A stretch of 64,000 nucleotides of DNA from Elusimicrobia bacterium GWB2_63_22 (GTDB lineage Bacteria; Elusimicrobiota; Elusimicrobia; Elusimicrobiales; UBA9959): contig MGUA01000034.1 in NCBI GenBank assembly GCA_001799735.1, positions 20,056-84,055 of the forward strand, in the 5' to 3' direction. The notes under the pieces were generated by a model. That model did not search any database. It was not told the origin of the DNA and saw only the letters and a program-made list of their open reading frames with translations. A program made the translations under genes and the position numbers. Every line of letters starts with the position of its first letter. Position 1 is the first letter of the stretch. Shown piece after piece: positions 36,138-45,237 of the stretch.

Positions 36138-37277
36138 ATGTTCAATACCATCCAGGTGATCTGCGCTTCCGAAAAGGACAAGCTGATCCTGCGCGGGATC
36201 TTTAAGAACCTCGGCGCCGACGCCGTGTTCGCCTCCGACCTCAACGACGCGCTGGCCGTGTTCGAAAAGGCCCGCCCGGCCGCGGTGTTTACCGCCGACG
36301 GCGGCGAGCCCCCGGTGGAGATCCAGCTGCGCGAGATCCGGCGCGTCGCCCCCTTTATCCCGGTCATTCCCCTCCTCAAGCGCCGCGACGCCACCCGCGC
36401 CGTGGAACTGATGAAAGCCGGGGCGATGGACTGCGCGCAGAGCCCCTGGACCGAGGAGGAGCTGCGCCCGCTGTACCGCAAAGCCGTGCGCCTGACCGGC
36501 ACCCCGCTGGAACTGGACTCCTCGGCCCTCCGCCGCCGGCGCCGCTCGGCCGCGCTGGCCCTGGCGGCGTTCTTCGCCTTCGCCGGCTTCTCGGGCGGGC
36601 TCTACTACGGGTACAAGAAGTATTCCCCCAAGGCCTCCCACCCGCACACCTTCTCCCTGCCCTACGCGCACCCCACCGGCATAGTGATAAAGAAGGACGC
36701 GGTGCTCATCAGCGACTGGTTCAGCCAGGGGCTATACGAGCATTCCTTCAAGAATTTCAACATTACCAAGGTGACCAGCCTGCCGCAGGTCACCCCGGCG
36801 GCCATGACCGCCTCCCAGGACGCGCTGTGGCTGGCCGGGGTCAACGGCGTAATAGAGCGGCGCCTGCTGGACGCCCGCTACACCCAGGTCTCGCGCACCC
36901 CAGCGCTTTCCCCCGTCCCCGACGGGGCCTGCTTCGACGGCCTGTACTTCTGGACAGTCCATTCGGCCTCGGGCGTCATCACCAAGCGCATGCCCGGCGA
37001 CGCGCTGACCGAGATGAAGAAGTTCAAATACCCCGGCAAAAAGCTCACGGCCTTCACCTGCGATACGCGCTTCCTGTGGGCCGCCGACCCGGACCTGAAA
37101 GCCGTGGTGAAGATGTCCCTCGACGACCCGGAGAGGATCCTGGTCCGGAGCGACCTGGACGCCTACGCCTCCAGGACCCTTAAGATAACCGCCATGGCGG
37201 CTCGCGACGGGCGGCTGTGGTTCGCGGGAGAGGACGGGGGCCGCGGCCTCGCGTTCTACCGGGATGAACCTAAATAG
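36138..37277 (+). CDS. Pseudo-receiver domain + TM helix + beta-propeller-like domain protein
   Basis: PFIPVI..AVELMKAGAMD..P..EEL receiver-like pattern; RRRRR then TM; repeated G..FDG..LW blades. Confidence 0.7.
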   Translation: MFNTIQVICASEKDKLILRGIFKNLGADAVFASDLNDALAVFEKARPAAVFTADGGEPPVEIQLREIRRVAPFIPVIPLLKRRDATRAVELMKAGAMDCAQSPWTEEELRPLYRKAVRLTGTPLELDSSALRRRRRSAALALAAFFAFAGFSGGLYYGYKKYSPKASHPHTFSLPYAHPTGIVIKKDAVLISDWFSQGLYEHSFKNFNITKVTSLPQVTPAAMTASQDALWLAGVNGVIERRLLDARYTQVSRTPALSPVPDGACFDGLYFWTVHSASGVITKRMPGDALTEMKKFKYPGKKLTAFTCDTRFLWAADPDLKAVVKMSLDDPERILVRSDLDAYASRTLKITAMAARDGRLWFAGEDGGRGLAFYRDEPK

Positions 37278-37581
37278 CGCCGACTCTTATATCCCGGCGG
37301 AGATAAAGACTTCGCTGGACCTGCCGCCCCTCTGGGGCCGGCTGGGCTCGCTTTCGCCCGGCGAGGCGGAACTGGTCAGCCACTTCGAGCTGCCGCGGGG
37401 CAAGGTAATAGCGCTGTCCTTCCAGCTCGGCCGCTCGGCCTTCGAGGAGATCCGAGCCAGGATAAAGAAAGTCCTGCGCGACGAGGACGGCTATTACAAT
37501 TACTCCCTGGTCTTCCTGGACCCGGCCCAGGCCGAGCTGTTAAGGGCCGCCATCGCAGGGACTCTCCCCCCGTCCGTTTGA
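37264..37581 (+). CDS. PilZ-like small protein
   Basis: GRLGSLSPG..L..G..I.LSF.L..IRA.I..V..Y.L.F pattern; RxxxR motif absent. Confidence 0.55.
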   Translation: MNLNSADSYIPAEIKTSLDLPPLWGRLGSLSPGEAELVSHFELPRGKVIALSFQLGRSAFEEIRARIKKVLRDEDGYYNYSLVFLDPAQAELLRAAIAGTLPPSV

Positions 37582-37613
37582 GGCCACCCCGTAATAAAAC
37601 TATAATTTAGCGG

Positions 37614-38825
37614 ATGACTTTCACCCGCACCCGCCTCATACTGGCAGTGCTGCTGCTTGCCGCCGCGGCGGGCGGCGGCTTCGCCTACTTCAAGTACCGC
37701 AGCTTCTCGCGCTACCTGGCGGACCAGATCGGCGGGCAGGCCGCAAAAAAACTGGGCCGCGAGGTGAAGTTCAAAAGCATTTCTTTCTCCCCCCTCAAAG
37801 GCGTGGTCATAAAGGAAGCCTGCGTCTCCCGCCGGCCGGATTTCTCGAAAGGCAGCTTTTTCTGCGCCGAGAAGGCTGTCATACGGCCCGAACTCGGGGC
37901 GCTGCTCAGGAACAAGGTCTACTTCTCCCGCGTGTCCCTGGACAAGCCCGTGCTAAAAGTACGCGAGCGGGGCGGGCGCTGGGACTTCGAGGACCTGCTG
38001 GCCCTGCTGCCTGAAACGGACAAGGGCCTGTACCTCACCTGGAACGCCAGCGAACTCGTCATGCGGGGCGCGGCGCTGGAGGCGGACCTGGAGACCTCGG
38101 GGCTTTCGCTGGCGCTCGGGGACGCGGACATCTCGCTTTCCCATTTCTCGTCGTTCGGCGGCAACTACGGGCTGGAGGCCGAAGGCCTGGTAAGGACGGT
38201 CCATAAGGGCAAACTGGTCTCGGCGCGCGTCAAGCTGGACGCCGACGCCAACTTCGAATACGGCGGCCTCTCCTCTTCCAAGGGCAGCCTGACGGCGGAA
38301 AAGCTGTCCTACGGGGCCATAACGCTGGAGCGGTTCGCCGCGGATTGGACCCTTTTCAACCTGCGCAAGCCGCTGACCGAGAAGAACTACACCGGCACTT
38401 TCAGCGCCGCCGGCCTGGTCATCCCAGGGCAGGAGAATTCCGCGCGCGACGGCGTGAGCCGCGGCCTGGCGCTTTTCTCGGCGGCCATGGGCAAGCCCGC
38501 GCCCAAAATTGAGGATATAGAAATGAGCGAGTTCGGCGCGGCCTTCCGCCTGGACGACTCGGCGGTGTCGATAAAGGATATAAAGCTGCGCACCAATTTT
38601 CTGGCCCTGGACGCGTCCCTGGCCATAGACGGCCCGTCTAAAACTGCGCAGGCCGGGCTCAGCGCGGAGATAGGCGCAAATAAGCTCGCAATGTCGGCCT
38701 CCGGGCCGCTGAAGGCCCCGGAGATAAAGCCGCTGCTTTCCGCGACGCTCTCGGCCAAGTTCAAAGAAGCGCTGGCCGGCATCGAGGCCGGCCTGCTGAA
38801 GGTCTTTCCCGTTACAGGAGAATAA
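37614..38825 (+). CDS. AsmA-family protein
   Basis: N-terminal TM; KLGREVKF..P.L..LL..V.LDKP.L.V..GRWDFEDL. Confidence 0.75.
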   Translation: MTFTRTRLILAVLLLAAAAGGGFAYFKYRSFSRYLADQIGGQAAKKLGREVKFKSISFSPLKGVVIKEACVSRRPDFSKGSFFCAEKAVIRPELGALLRNKVYFSRVSLDKPVLKVRERGGRWDFEDLLALLPETDKGLYLTWNASELVMRGAALEADLETSGLSLALGDADISLSHFSSFGGNYGLEAEGLVRTVHKGKLVSARVKLDADANFEYGGLSSSKGSLTAEKLSYGAITLERFAADWTLFNLRKPLTEKNYTGTFSAAGLVIPGQENSARDGVSRGLALFSAAMGKPAPKIEDIEMSEFGAAFRLDDSAVSIKDIKLRTNFLALDASLAIDGPSKTAQAGLSAEIGANKLAMSASGPLKAPEIKPLLSATLSAKFKEALAGIEAGLLKVFPVTGE

Positions 38826-38826
38826 T

Positions 38827-40191
38827 ATGTCTAAAAAAGTAATCGTGATCGGTTCCGGCCCCGGCGGCTACCCGGCGGCGCTGCGCCTGAAAGAACTCGG
38901 CGCCGACGTCTGCATAGTGGAGGCCTGGGATTTCGGCGGCACCTGCCTTAACCGGGGCTGTATCCCCTCCAAGGCCTTCCTGGACACCGGCCACCGGGTG
39001 CACGCCTTCGAGGGCCTGCGTAAACTTCTTAAAGACGGCTCCGGGGTCAACTTCTCCCCCGACATGCTGGACTGGGACAAGGTAAAGGCGCGCCGCGCCG
39101 ACGTTATAACCAAGCTGCGCACCTCGCTGGAAAAACTTTTTCAGGCCAAGAAGATAGAGGTCATCCGCGGCCGCGCCGCCTTCTCCGGCTCCAACGAGAT
39201 CACGATCACGGGGCCGCAGGGCGAAATAAAAAAGACCTTCGACGCCGCCATCCTGGCCGCCGGCACCAGGCCTTCTTTTCCCCCGCCTTTCCGCGACTTT
39301 CACGAGCAGCTCACGGATTCCGACAGGATCTTCGACCTGCCCCGGCTCCCGAAGTCGCTGCTGATAGTGGGCGGCGGCGTTATCGGCCTTGAATTCGCGT
39401 GCTTCTTCAACGCGGTAGGCGTAAAAGTGGAAGTGCTGGAGCTGCTGCCGGACATCCTCGCCGGCGAGGACCCGCAGGTAACGCGCGCGGTGCGCTCCTC
39501 CTTCGAGAAGCGCGGGGTAAAGTTCCATTTCGGCAAGAAGACCGCCTCGCTTGAGCTCGGAGCCGGCCTGAAGGCCGCGGTGCTGGAGGACGGCACGCGC
39601 ATAGAGGCCGAGGAGATCCTGGTGGGCGCCGGCCGCGCGGCGGACCTGACCGGCATGGGGCTGGAAGCCCTGGGCCTGGCCTGGGACAGGCGCGGCGTAA
39701 AGGTAAGCGACCGCATGCTGACCGCCGTGCCCGGCGTCTACGCCGTGGGCGACGTCAACGGCATCTCCCTGCTGGCCCATTCGGCCAGCCGCCAGGGCGA
39801 GATAGCCGCCGAGAATATCATGGGGGCCGACCACGCCTTCGACGATTCCATTGTCCCCAAGTGCGTGTACGCCTGGCCCGAGGTGGGGTCGGTGGGCCTC
39901 AACAAGGCGCAGGCCGAGGCCAAAGGCCTGGCGGTAAAGACCGCGCGCGCCTTCTACCTGGGCATCGGCAAAGCCGTCGCCACCGACGAGACCGAGGGGT
40001 TCGCCCAGCTGGTGTTCGACGCCGGCGACGAGACGGTGCTGGGCGCCCAGATCGTGGGCGGCCCCGCGACGGAGCTGATCCACGTGATCGCGCTGGCGGT
40101 AAAGCTGAAACTCAAGCGCCGGGACCTGAAGGAAATTATTTACGCGCACCCGACCATGGCCGAAGCCATCCACGAGGCGCTGCAGAAATAA
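38827..40191 (+). CDS. lpdA: Dihydrolipoamide dehydrogenase
   Basis: GSGPGGY, GGTCLNRGCIPSK, GGGVIGLE, HPTMAE. Confidence 0.96.
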   Translation: MSKKVIVIGSGPGGYPAALRLKELGADVCIVEAWDFGGTCLNRGCIPSKAFLDTGHRVHAFEGLRKLLKDGSGVNFSPDMLDWDKVKARRADVITKLRTSLEKLFQAKKIEVIRGRAAFSGSNEITITGPQGEIKKTFDAAILAAGTRPSFPPPFRDFHEQLTDSDRIFDLPRLPKSLLIVGGGVIGLEFACFFNAVGVKVEVLELLPDILAGEDPQVTRAVRSSFEKRGVKFHFGKKTASLELGAGLKAAVLEDGTRIEAEEILVGAGRAADLTGMGLEALGLAWDRRGVKVSDRMLTAVPGVYAVGDVNGISLLAHSASRQGEIAAENIMGADHAFDDSIVPKCVYAWPEVGSVGLNKAQAEAKGLAVKTARAFYLGIGKAVATDETEGFAQLVFDAGDETVLGAQIVGGPATELIHVIALAVKLKLKRRDLKEIIYAHPTMAEAIHEALQK

Positions 40192-40194
40192 AAC

Positions 40195-40959
40195 ATGAAG
40201 ATCCTGTCCTGGAACGTCAACGGCTACCGGGCGGTACTGAAGAAAGGCTTCGGCGAGTTCCTGCTCGCCGAGAAGCCCGCCATACTGGGCCTGCAGGAGG
40301 TTAAGGCCTGCACCGAGCAGCTGGCGCCCGGAGACACGGACTTCAAGGGCTATGCCTCGTCCTGGAACTGCGCCGAGAGGAAGGGCTACAGCGGGGTGGC
40401 GGCGTTCTACAGCGCCAAGCCGCTCGCCGTGACCAACGGCTTGGGCGAGGAGCGCTTCGACCGGGAGGGCCGCGTGATAACGCTGGAGTACCCGGCCTTC
40501 TACCTGCTCAACGTCTATTTCCCCAACGGCGGCCAGGGGCCCGAGCGCCTGGCCTACAAACTGGACTTCTACGAGGCGTTCCTGAACCATATCGAAAAGC
40601 TCCGCAAGACCGGCAAGGCCGTCATTTTCTGCGGCGACGTCAACACCGCCCACAACGAGATAGACCTGGCCCGCCCCAAAGAGAACGTCGGGAACTCCGG
40701 CTTCATGCCCGTGGAGCGGGCCTGGCTGGACAGGATAACGGCCCGCGGCTGGGTGGACACCTTCCGGGCGAAGCACCCGGAACCGGGGCAGTACTCCTGG
40801 TGGGATTACAAAACCCGCGCCCGCGAGCGCAACGTCGGCTGGCGCATAGACTATTTCTTCATCAACAAAGAAAAAGCGTCCCTGGTTAAGGACGCTTTCA
40901 TACTGCCGCAGGTGCAGGGCTCCGACCATTGCCCCGTCGGCATAGAGCTTCAGCCGTAG
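40195..40959 (+). CDS. xth: Exodeoxyribonuclease III / AP endonuclease
   Basis: SWNVNG, LQEVK, GYSGV, GDVNTAH, GWRIDYF, SDHCP. Confidence 0.95.
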   Translation: MKILSWNVNGYRAVLKKGFGEFLLAEKPAILGLQEVKACTEQLAPGDTDFKGYASSWNCAERKGYSGVAAFYSAKPLAVTNGLGEERFDREGRVITLEYPAFYLLNVYFPNGGQGPERLAYKLDFYEAFLNHIEKLRKTGKAVIFCGDVNTAHNEIDLARPKENVGNSGFMPVERAWLDRITARGWVDTFRAKHPEPGQYSWWDYKTRARERNVGWRIDYFFINKEKASLVKDAFILPQVQGSDHCPVGIELQP

Positions 40960-41447
40960 CGCACCGAAATTATCTCCAGCTTCAGGTTGCCGCCGGAGCG
41001 CTCCAGCTCCGCCAGGTCACCGGCTTTTTTACCCAGCAGCGCGCCGGCCAGCGGCGAAGCCCAGTTCAGCAGCCCCGCCCCGGCGTCGGCCTCGTCTTCC
41101 CCTACGATACGGTATTCGCGCTCTTCCCCGGACGCTTCTTTTACCCGGATCAGCGCCCCGAAGCGCACGTCCACGGCGCCGGAACCGGCGTTATCCACCA
41201 CCCTGGCGCTTTTTACCTGGCCCTCGTAATAGGCCAGGTCCAGCTCCGCCTGCTGCAGGTCCAGGGCGCGCTGCTCTTCAGGGCGTTTTTTGGCCAGAAG
41301 CACAGTGCGCAGCACGGCCAGTTCCGCTACGCGCAGCTTGAGCGCCTCCAGGCCGGCGGGCGTTACGTAGTTGGGCCTGCCGCTGGGCTGCCGCTTGCGC
41401 GGTTCCTCGGGAACGTCGCTGTCTTCTTTTACGAATGCTCTGCTCAT
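40950..41447 (-). CDS. GreA/GreB family protein
   Basis: MSRAFVKE, NYVTPAG, VRFGA..YRIVGEDEAD..SPLA.ALLG. Confidence 0.88.
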   Translation of the reverse strand: MSRAFVKEDSDVPEEPRKRQPSGRPNYVTPAGLEALKLRVAELAVLRTVLLAKKRPEEQRALDLQQAELDLAYYEGQVKSARVVDNAGSGAVDVRFGALIRVKEASGEEREYRIVGEDEADAGAGLLNWASPLAGALLGKKAGDLAELERSGGNLKLEIISVRYG

Positions 41448-41461
41448 AAGGCCTTTTAAAC

Positions 41462-41491
41462 AAAACGCCCGCCCCTTGGGGGACGGGCGTT
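41462..41491 (-). terminator. Probable terminator after the outer-membrane protein gene
   Basis: AACGCCCG/CGGGCGTT stem with adjacent A-rich tract on +. Confidence 0.6.
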
Positions 41492-41510
41492 GCTGTTATG
41501 ACCGCAAGTC

Positions 41511-42053
41511 TTAGAACTTGTAGTCGAGTTTGAAGCCGAGGTTGATGAAATCGGCGTCAAGGTCGCCGCCCACGGTGTGGTAGCGCAGCTCGGCGCCGGC
41601 GGTCATGTTCTTGTTGACCTCGTAGCCGATACCGCCGCCCAGGTTGAGCCCCAGGTCCGACGAGGAATCGTAACCGGCCACGGTCTTGTTCAGGGACGAG
41701 TGGTAAAGCTCTATGCCGGCCACGCCGTAGAAGGTCAGCATGTCCCGGGTGACGAAGTACTTGGCCACGGGGCCGATGTTGAGCACGGAGAAGCTGTAGT
41801 CGCTGTTGGCGTCGAATTCATAACCGAAAGCGTAGCCCAGCTCGAGACCGACCTTTATGTTGTCCTGCAGCAGGTAGTCCGCGGACACGCCGAGGCCCAG
41901 GGAGCTGTCCAGCACGTCGCCGGCGTCGCCGGTAGGCATCGAGTAGAAAGGCATGGCGCCGTAGGTCAGCTTGGACTGGTCAAAAGTGAAAGCGGAAGCG
42001 TTAACCGCGAAACCGACCGCCACTACAGCCGCAAGAACGAGTATTTTCTTCAT
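41511..42053 (-). CDS. Eight-stranded outer-membrane beta-barrel protein
   Basis: Signal peptide; amphipathic strands; C-terminal YKF. Confidence 0.85.
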   Translation of the reverse strand: MKKILVLAAVVAVGFAVNASAFTFDQSKLTYGAMPFYSMPTGDAGDVLDSSLGLGVSADYLLQDNIKVGLELGYAFGYEFDANSDYSFSVLNIGPVAKYFVTRDMLTFYGVAGIELYHSSLNKTVAGYDSSSDLGLNLGGGIGYEVNKNMTAGAELRYHTVGGDLDADFINLGFKLDYKF

Positions 42054-42214
42054 TATCTATTGTCCTCCCAATAATTTTAGTAACCCATAACATGGTACAA
42101 AATTTACCGGCCCCATAAAGCCGCCCGGGCCTTAAATAGAATTTGCCCACCAATATCCATATTTGTTATAAATTTATATACCTTAACCGGTTCCCAAAAA
42201 TTCCAGGAGGCAAT

Positions 42215-43345
42215 ATGTCCACCGCAACTACCGTACGCCGTACCGCTTTGAACGAGACCATGAGGAAAGCCGGCGGCAAGATGGTGGACTTCCACGGCTG
42301 GGAACTGCCCATAGAGTTCGCCGGCATCCTCAAGGAGCACGAGGCCGTGCGCAAATCCGCCGGCATCTTCGACGTCTCCCACATGGGCCAGGTCTTCGTG
42401 ACCGGCGCCGACGCCTTCAAGCTGCTGCAGATCACCAACGCCAACGACCTGCGCAAAGCCACCCCCGGCAAGGGCGTGTACTCCCACGTCACCAACGAGA
42501 AAGCCGGCCTGGTGGACGACATCATCGCCTTCTGCCTGGCCGCGGACCGCTACCTGGTCATAGTCAACGCCACCACCTCCACCAAGGACTACGAGTGGTT
42601 CAAGTCCCAGGGCGCCCGCATGCACGTGAAGGTGGAGAACAAGAGCGACGATTATTCCATGATCGCCATCCAGGGCCCCAACGTGCCCAAAATGTTCGAC
42701 ACCTTCGCCCCGGAAGCCCTTAAACTCCCCCGCTTCGGCATAGTGGAGAAGGACCTGCACGGCGAGCATTGCTACATCAGCCGCACCGGCTACACCGGCG
42801 AGGACGGCTTCGAGATCACCGCCCCCCACTCTATAATCAACAAGCTCTGGGACGAGATGCTGGAACTGGGCCGCCCCTACGGCATAGTGCCCTGCGGCCT
42901 CGGCGCGCGCGACACGCTGCGCCTCGAGAGCGGCTACCTGCTCTACGGCCAGGACGTGGACGACGTGCATACCACCTACGAGTCCGGCTACGGCTGGGTG
43001 GTCTCGCTCGATAAGGGCGATTTCATCGGCCGCTCCATCCTGGCGGATCAGAAGGCCAACGGCGTGCAGCGCCGCCTCACCGGCCTCACCCTCACCGGCG
43101 GCGTGCCGCGCCCCGGCTGCAAGATCTTCATGGACGGCAAAGAGGTGGGCGAGCTCAACAGCGCCACCTATTCACCCACCCTCAAGAAGGGCATCGGCGT
43201 GGGCTACGTGACCCCTCCGGGTCTCAAGCCCGGCACCCCGCTGGAGGTGGAGATACGCGGCCGCCGCGTGAAGGCCGAAGTCTCGCAGATGCCGTTCCAC
43301 AAGGGCACGGCCTTCAGCAAGATACTTTACACCGGCAAGCCGTAA
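42215..43345 (+). CDS. gcvT: Glycine cleavage system T protein
   Basis: FDVSHMG, RTGYTGEDGFE, GLGARDTLRLE; AGGAGG RBS. Confidence 0.96.
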   Translation: MSTATTVRRTALNETMRKAGGKMVDFHGWELPIEFAGILKEHEAVRKSAGIFDVSHMGQVFVTGADAFKLLQITNANDLRKATPGKGVYSHVTNEKAGLVDDIIAFCLAADRYLVIVNATTSTKDYEWFKSQGARMHVKVENKSDDYSMIAIQGPNVPKMFDTFAPEALKLPRFGIVEKDLHGEHCYISRTGYTGEDGFEITAPHSIINKLWDEMLELGRPYGIVPCGLGARDTLRLESGYLLYGQDVDDVHTTYESGYGWVVSLDKGDFIGRSILADQKANGVQRRLTGLTLTGGVPRPGCKIFMDGKEVGELNSATYSPTLKKGIGVGYVTPPGLKPGTPLEVEIRGRRVKAEVSQMPFHKGTAFSKILYTGKP

Positions 43346-43380
43346 GCTTTCAGGAATTTAGCGACTTCAAGGAGAATAAT

Positions 43381-43767
43381 ATGTCCAAACCCGAAGAACT
43401 CAAGTATACCAAGACCCACGAGTACCTGCATCCCGGCGCCGAGGCCATAGTCGGCATTTCCGACCACGCCCAGCACGAGATGGGCGACGTGGTGTTCGTA
43501 GAACTGCCGAAAGTGGGCCAGAAACTGGAGAAAGAGAAGCCCTGCGCGGTGGTGGAATCCGTAAAATCAGCTTTCGACATTTACGCCCCGGTCTCCGGCG
43601 AAGTCACCGCCGTCAACGCCGCCGTCACCGGCGAACCGGCCCTGCTCAACCAGTCCCCTCTTGAGAACGGCTGGATGTTCAAGATCAAGCCCTCCAACCC
43701 GGCCGAAGCCGAGACCCTGATGGACTGGACCGCCTACCAGGACTTCGTAAAGCAAGCGGCTCACTAA
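43381..43767 (+). CDS. gcvH: Glycine cleavage system H protein
   Basis: GISDHAQ..GDVVFVELP, VESVKS lipoyl-Lys. Confidence 0.96.
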   Translation: MSKPEELKYTKTHEYLHPGAEAIVGISDHAQHEMGDVVFVELPKVGQKLEKEKPCAVVESVKSAFDIYAPVSGEVTAVNAAVTGEPALLNQSPLENGWMFKIKPSNPAEAETLMDWTAYQDFVKQAAH

Positions 43768-43799
43768 GCTGCAAAAGAAGCCCGGCGCACCTATCTGCT

Positions 43800-43870
43800 C
43801 CGTCATTCCGGCGCAAGCCGGAATCCAGTCCTCGCCGGGAACTGGGCACCGGCTTTCGCCGGTGTGACGG
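43800..43870. repeat. REP-like double-hairpin element, copy 2
   Basis: CCGTCATTCCGGCGCAAGCCGGAATCCAG..CTGGGCACCGGCTTTCGCCGGTGTGACGG. Confidence 0.8.
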
Positions 43871-43905
43871 GTGAGCAAAACCCTCAGTTCCACACAGGAG
43901 CTCCC

Positions 43906-45237
43906 ATGTATATCCCGCACACCAAGAAAGACAAAGAGGAGATGCTTAAGACCATAGGCGCTCCCTCCTTCGAAGACCTGGTAAAACAGGTCCCCTCCAA
44001 ATTCCTCTGGCCCAAGTTCGACCTGCCGGCCGACAGCCTGGACGAGTCCCAGGCCGCCGCGCGCATGGCCGGGCTGGCGGGTAAGAACTGCCGCCCGCTC
44101 AACTTCGTCGGCGCCGGCGCCTACGATCGCTACACCCCGGCGGCCGTCAAGGCCATCACCTCCCGCACCGAGTTCCTGACGGCCTACACGCCCTACCAGC
44201 CCGAGGCCAGCCAGGGCACGCTGCAGGCCATCTACGAGTTCCAGAGCACGGTCTCAGCCCTCTACGGCATGGACTGCGCCAACGCCTCCATGTACGACGG
44301 CGCCAGCTCCTTCGCCGAAGCCGTCCGCGCCGCGGTGCGCGTGACCGGCAGGAAGAAGATAGTCTACGCGGCCGGCGTGAACCCGCAGTACATGGACACG
44401 CTGAAAACTTATTTCGCCCACTCGCCCGAGTATTCCTACGTCAAAGTGCCGCTTAAGGACGGCGCTATGGACCATGCCGCCCTGCCGGCCCTGCTGGAGG
44501 GAGCGGCTTGTCTGGCCGTGCAGACCCCTAATTTCCTGGGCCTGATAGAAGACATGGCCGGCGTGGCCGACCTGGTAAAGAAAGCCGGCGCCCTGCTGGT
44601 AGCCGCGGCCGACCCCGTGAGCCTCGGCCTGCTGGCCGCCCCCGGCGACTACGGCGCCGATTTTGCCGTCGGAGAAGGCCAGAGCCTCGGCCTGCCGCTC
44701 GCCTACGGCGGCCCCTACCTGGGCCTGTTCTCCTGCAAAAAAGAGCATGTGCGCCAGATGCCGGGCCGCATAGCCGGCCTCACCAAGGATAAGGACGGCC
44801 GGCGCGGCTTCGTGCTGACGCTGCAGGCCCGCGAGCAGCATATCCGCCGCGACAAGGCCGCCTCCAACATCTGCTCCAACGAGGCGCTGTGCGCCTTGGC
44901 CGCCACGGTCTATTCCGCGCTCTACGGCCCGGAAGGGCTCAAAGAACTGGCCGAGGCCAACGCCGGCGCCGCCGCGTTCGCCGCCGAGCGCCTGGGCGCC
45001 ATAACGGGCTGCTCGCTCAAATTCAAAGGTCCCTTCTTCAACGAGTTCGTCCTCTCCGTGCCCGGCAAAGCCGCCGCCCTGCGCGAGAAAGCGCTGGCGA
45101 TGCGCGGCGTGGACATAGGCCTGCCGCTCGCCCCGCTCTACCCCGAGCTCGGAGAGACCCTGCTGGTCTGCGCCACCGAGACCAAGACGGAAGCCGACAT
45201 CTTAAAACTCGCCGACGCCATAAAGGAGGCCCTATGA
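43906..45237 (+). CDS. gcvPA: Glycine dehydrogenase subunit 1
   Basis: YIPHT, TAYTPYQPE.SQG.LQ, NASMYDG, REQHIRRDKA.SNICSN. Confidence 0.95.
   Translation: MYIPHTKKDKEEMLKTIGAPSFEDLVKQVPSKFLWPKFDLPADSLDESQAAARMAGLAGKNCRPLNFVGAGAYDRYTPAAVKAITSRTEFLTAYTPYQPEASQGTLQAIYEFQSTVSALYGMDCANASMYDGASSFAEAVRAAVRVTGRKKIVYAAGVNPQYMDTLKTYFAHSPEYSYVKVPLKDGAMDHAALPALLEGAACLAVQTPNFLGLIEDMAGVADLVKKAGALLVAAADPVSLGLLAAPGDYGADFAVGEGQSLGLPLAYGGPYLGLFSCKKEHVRQMPGRIAGLTKDKDGRRGFVLTLQAREQHIRRDKAASNICSNEALCALAATVYSALYGPEGLKELAEANAGAAAFAAERLGAITGCSLKFKGPFFNEFVLSVPGKAAALREKALAMRGVDIGLPLAPLYPELGETLLVCATETKTEADILKLADAIKEAL

Noticed and set aside
42054-42214. Glycine riboswitch upstream of gcvT
   Set aside because: No GGAGA..CCGAAG..CUCUCAGG pattern; the region looks like plain divergent promoters.
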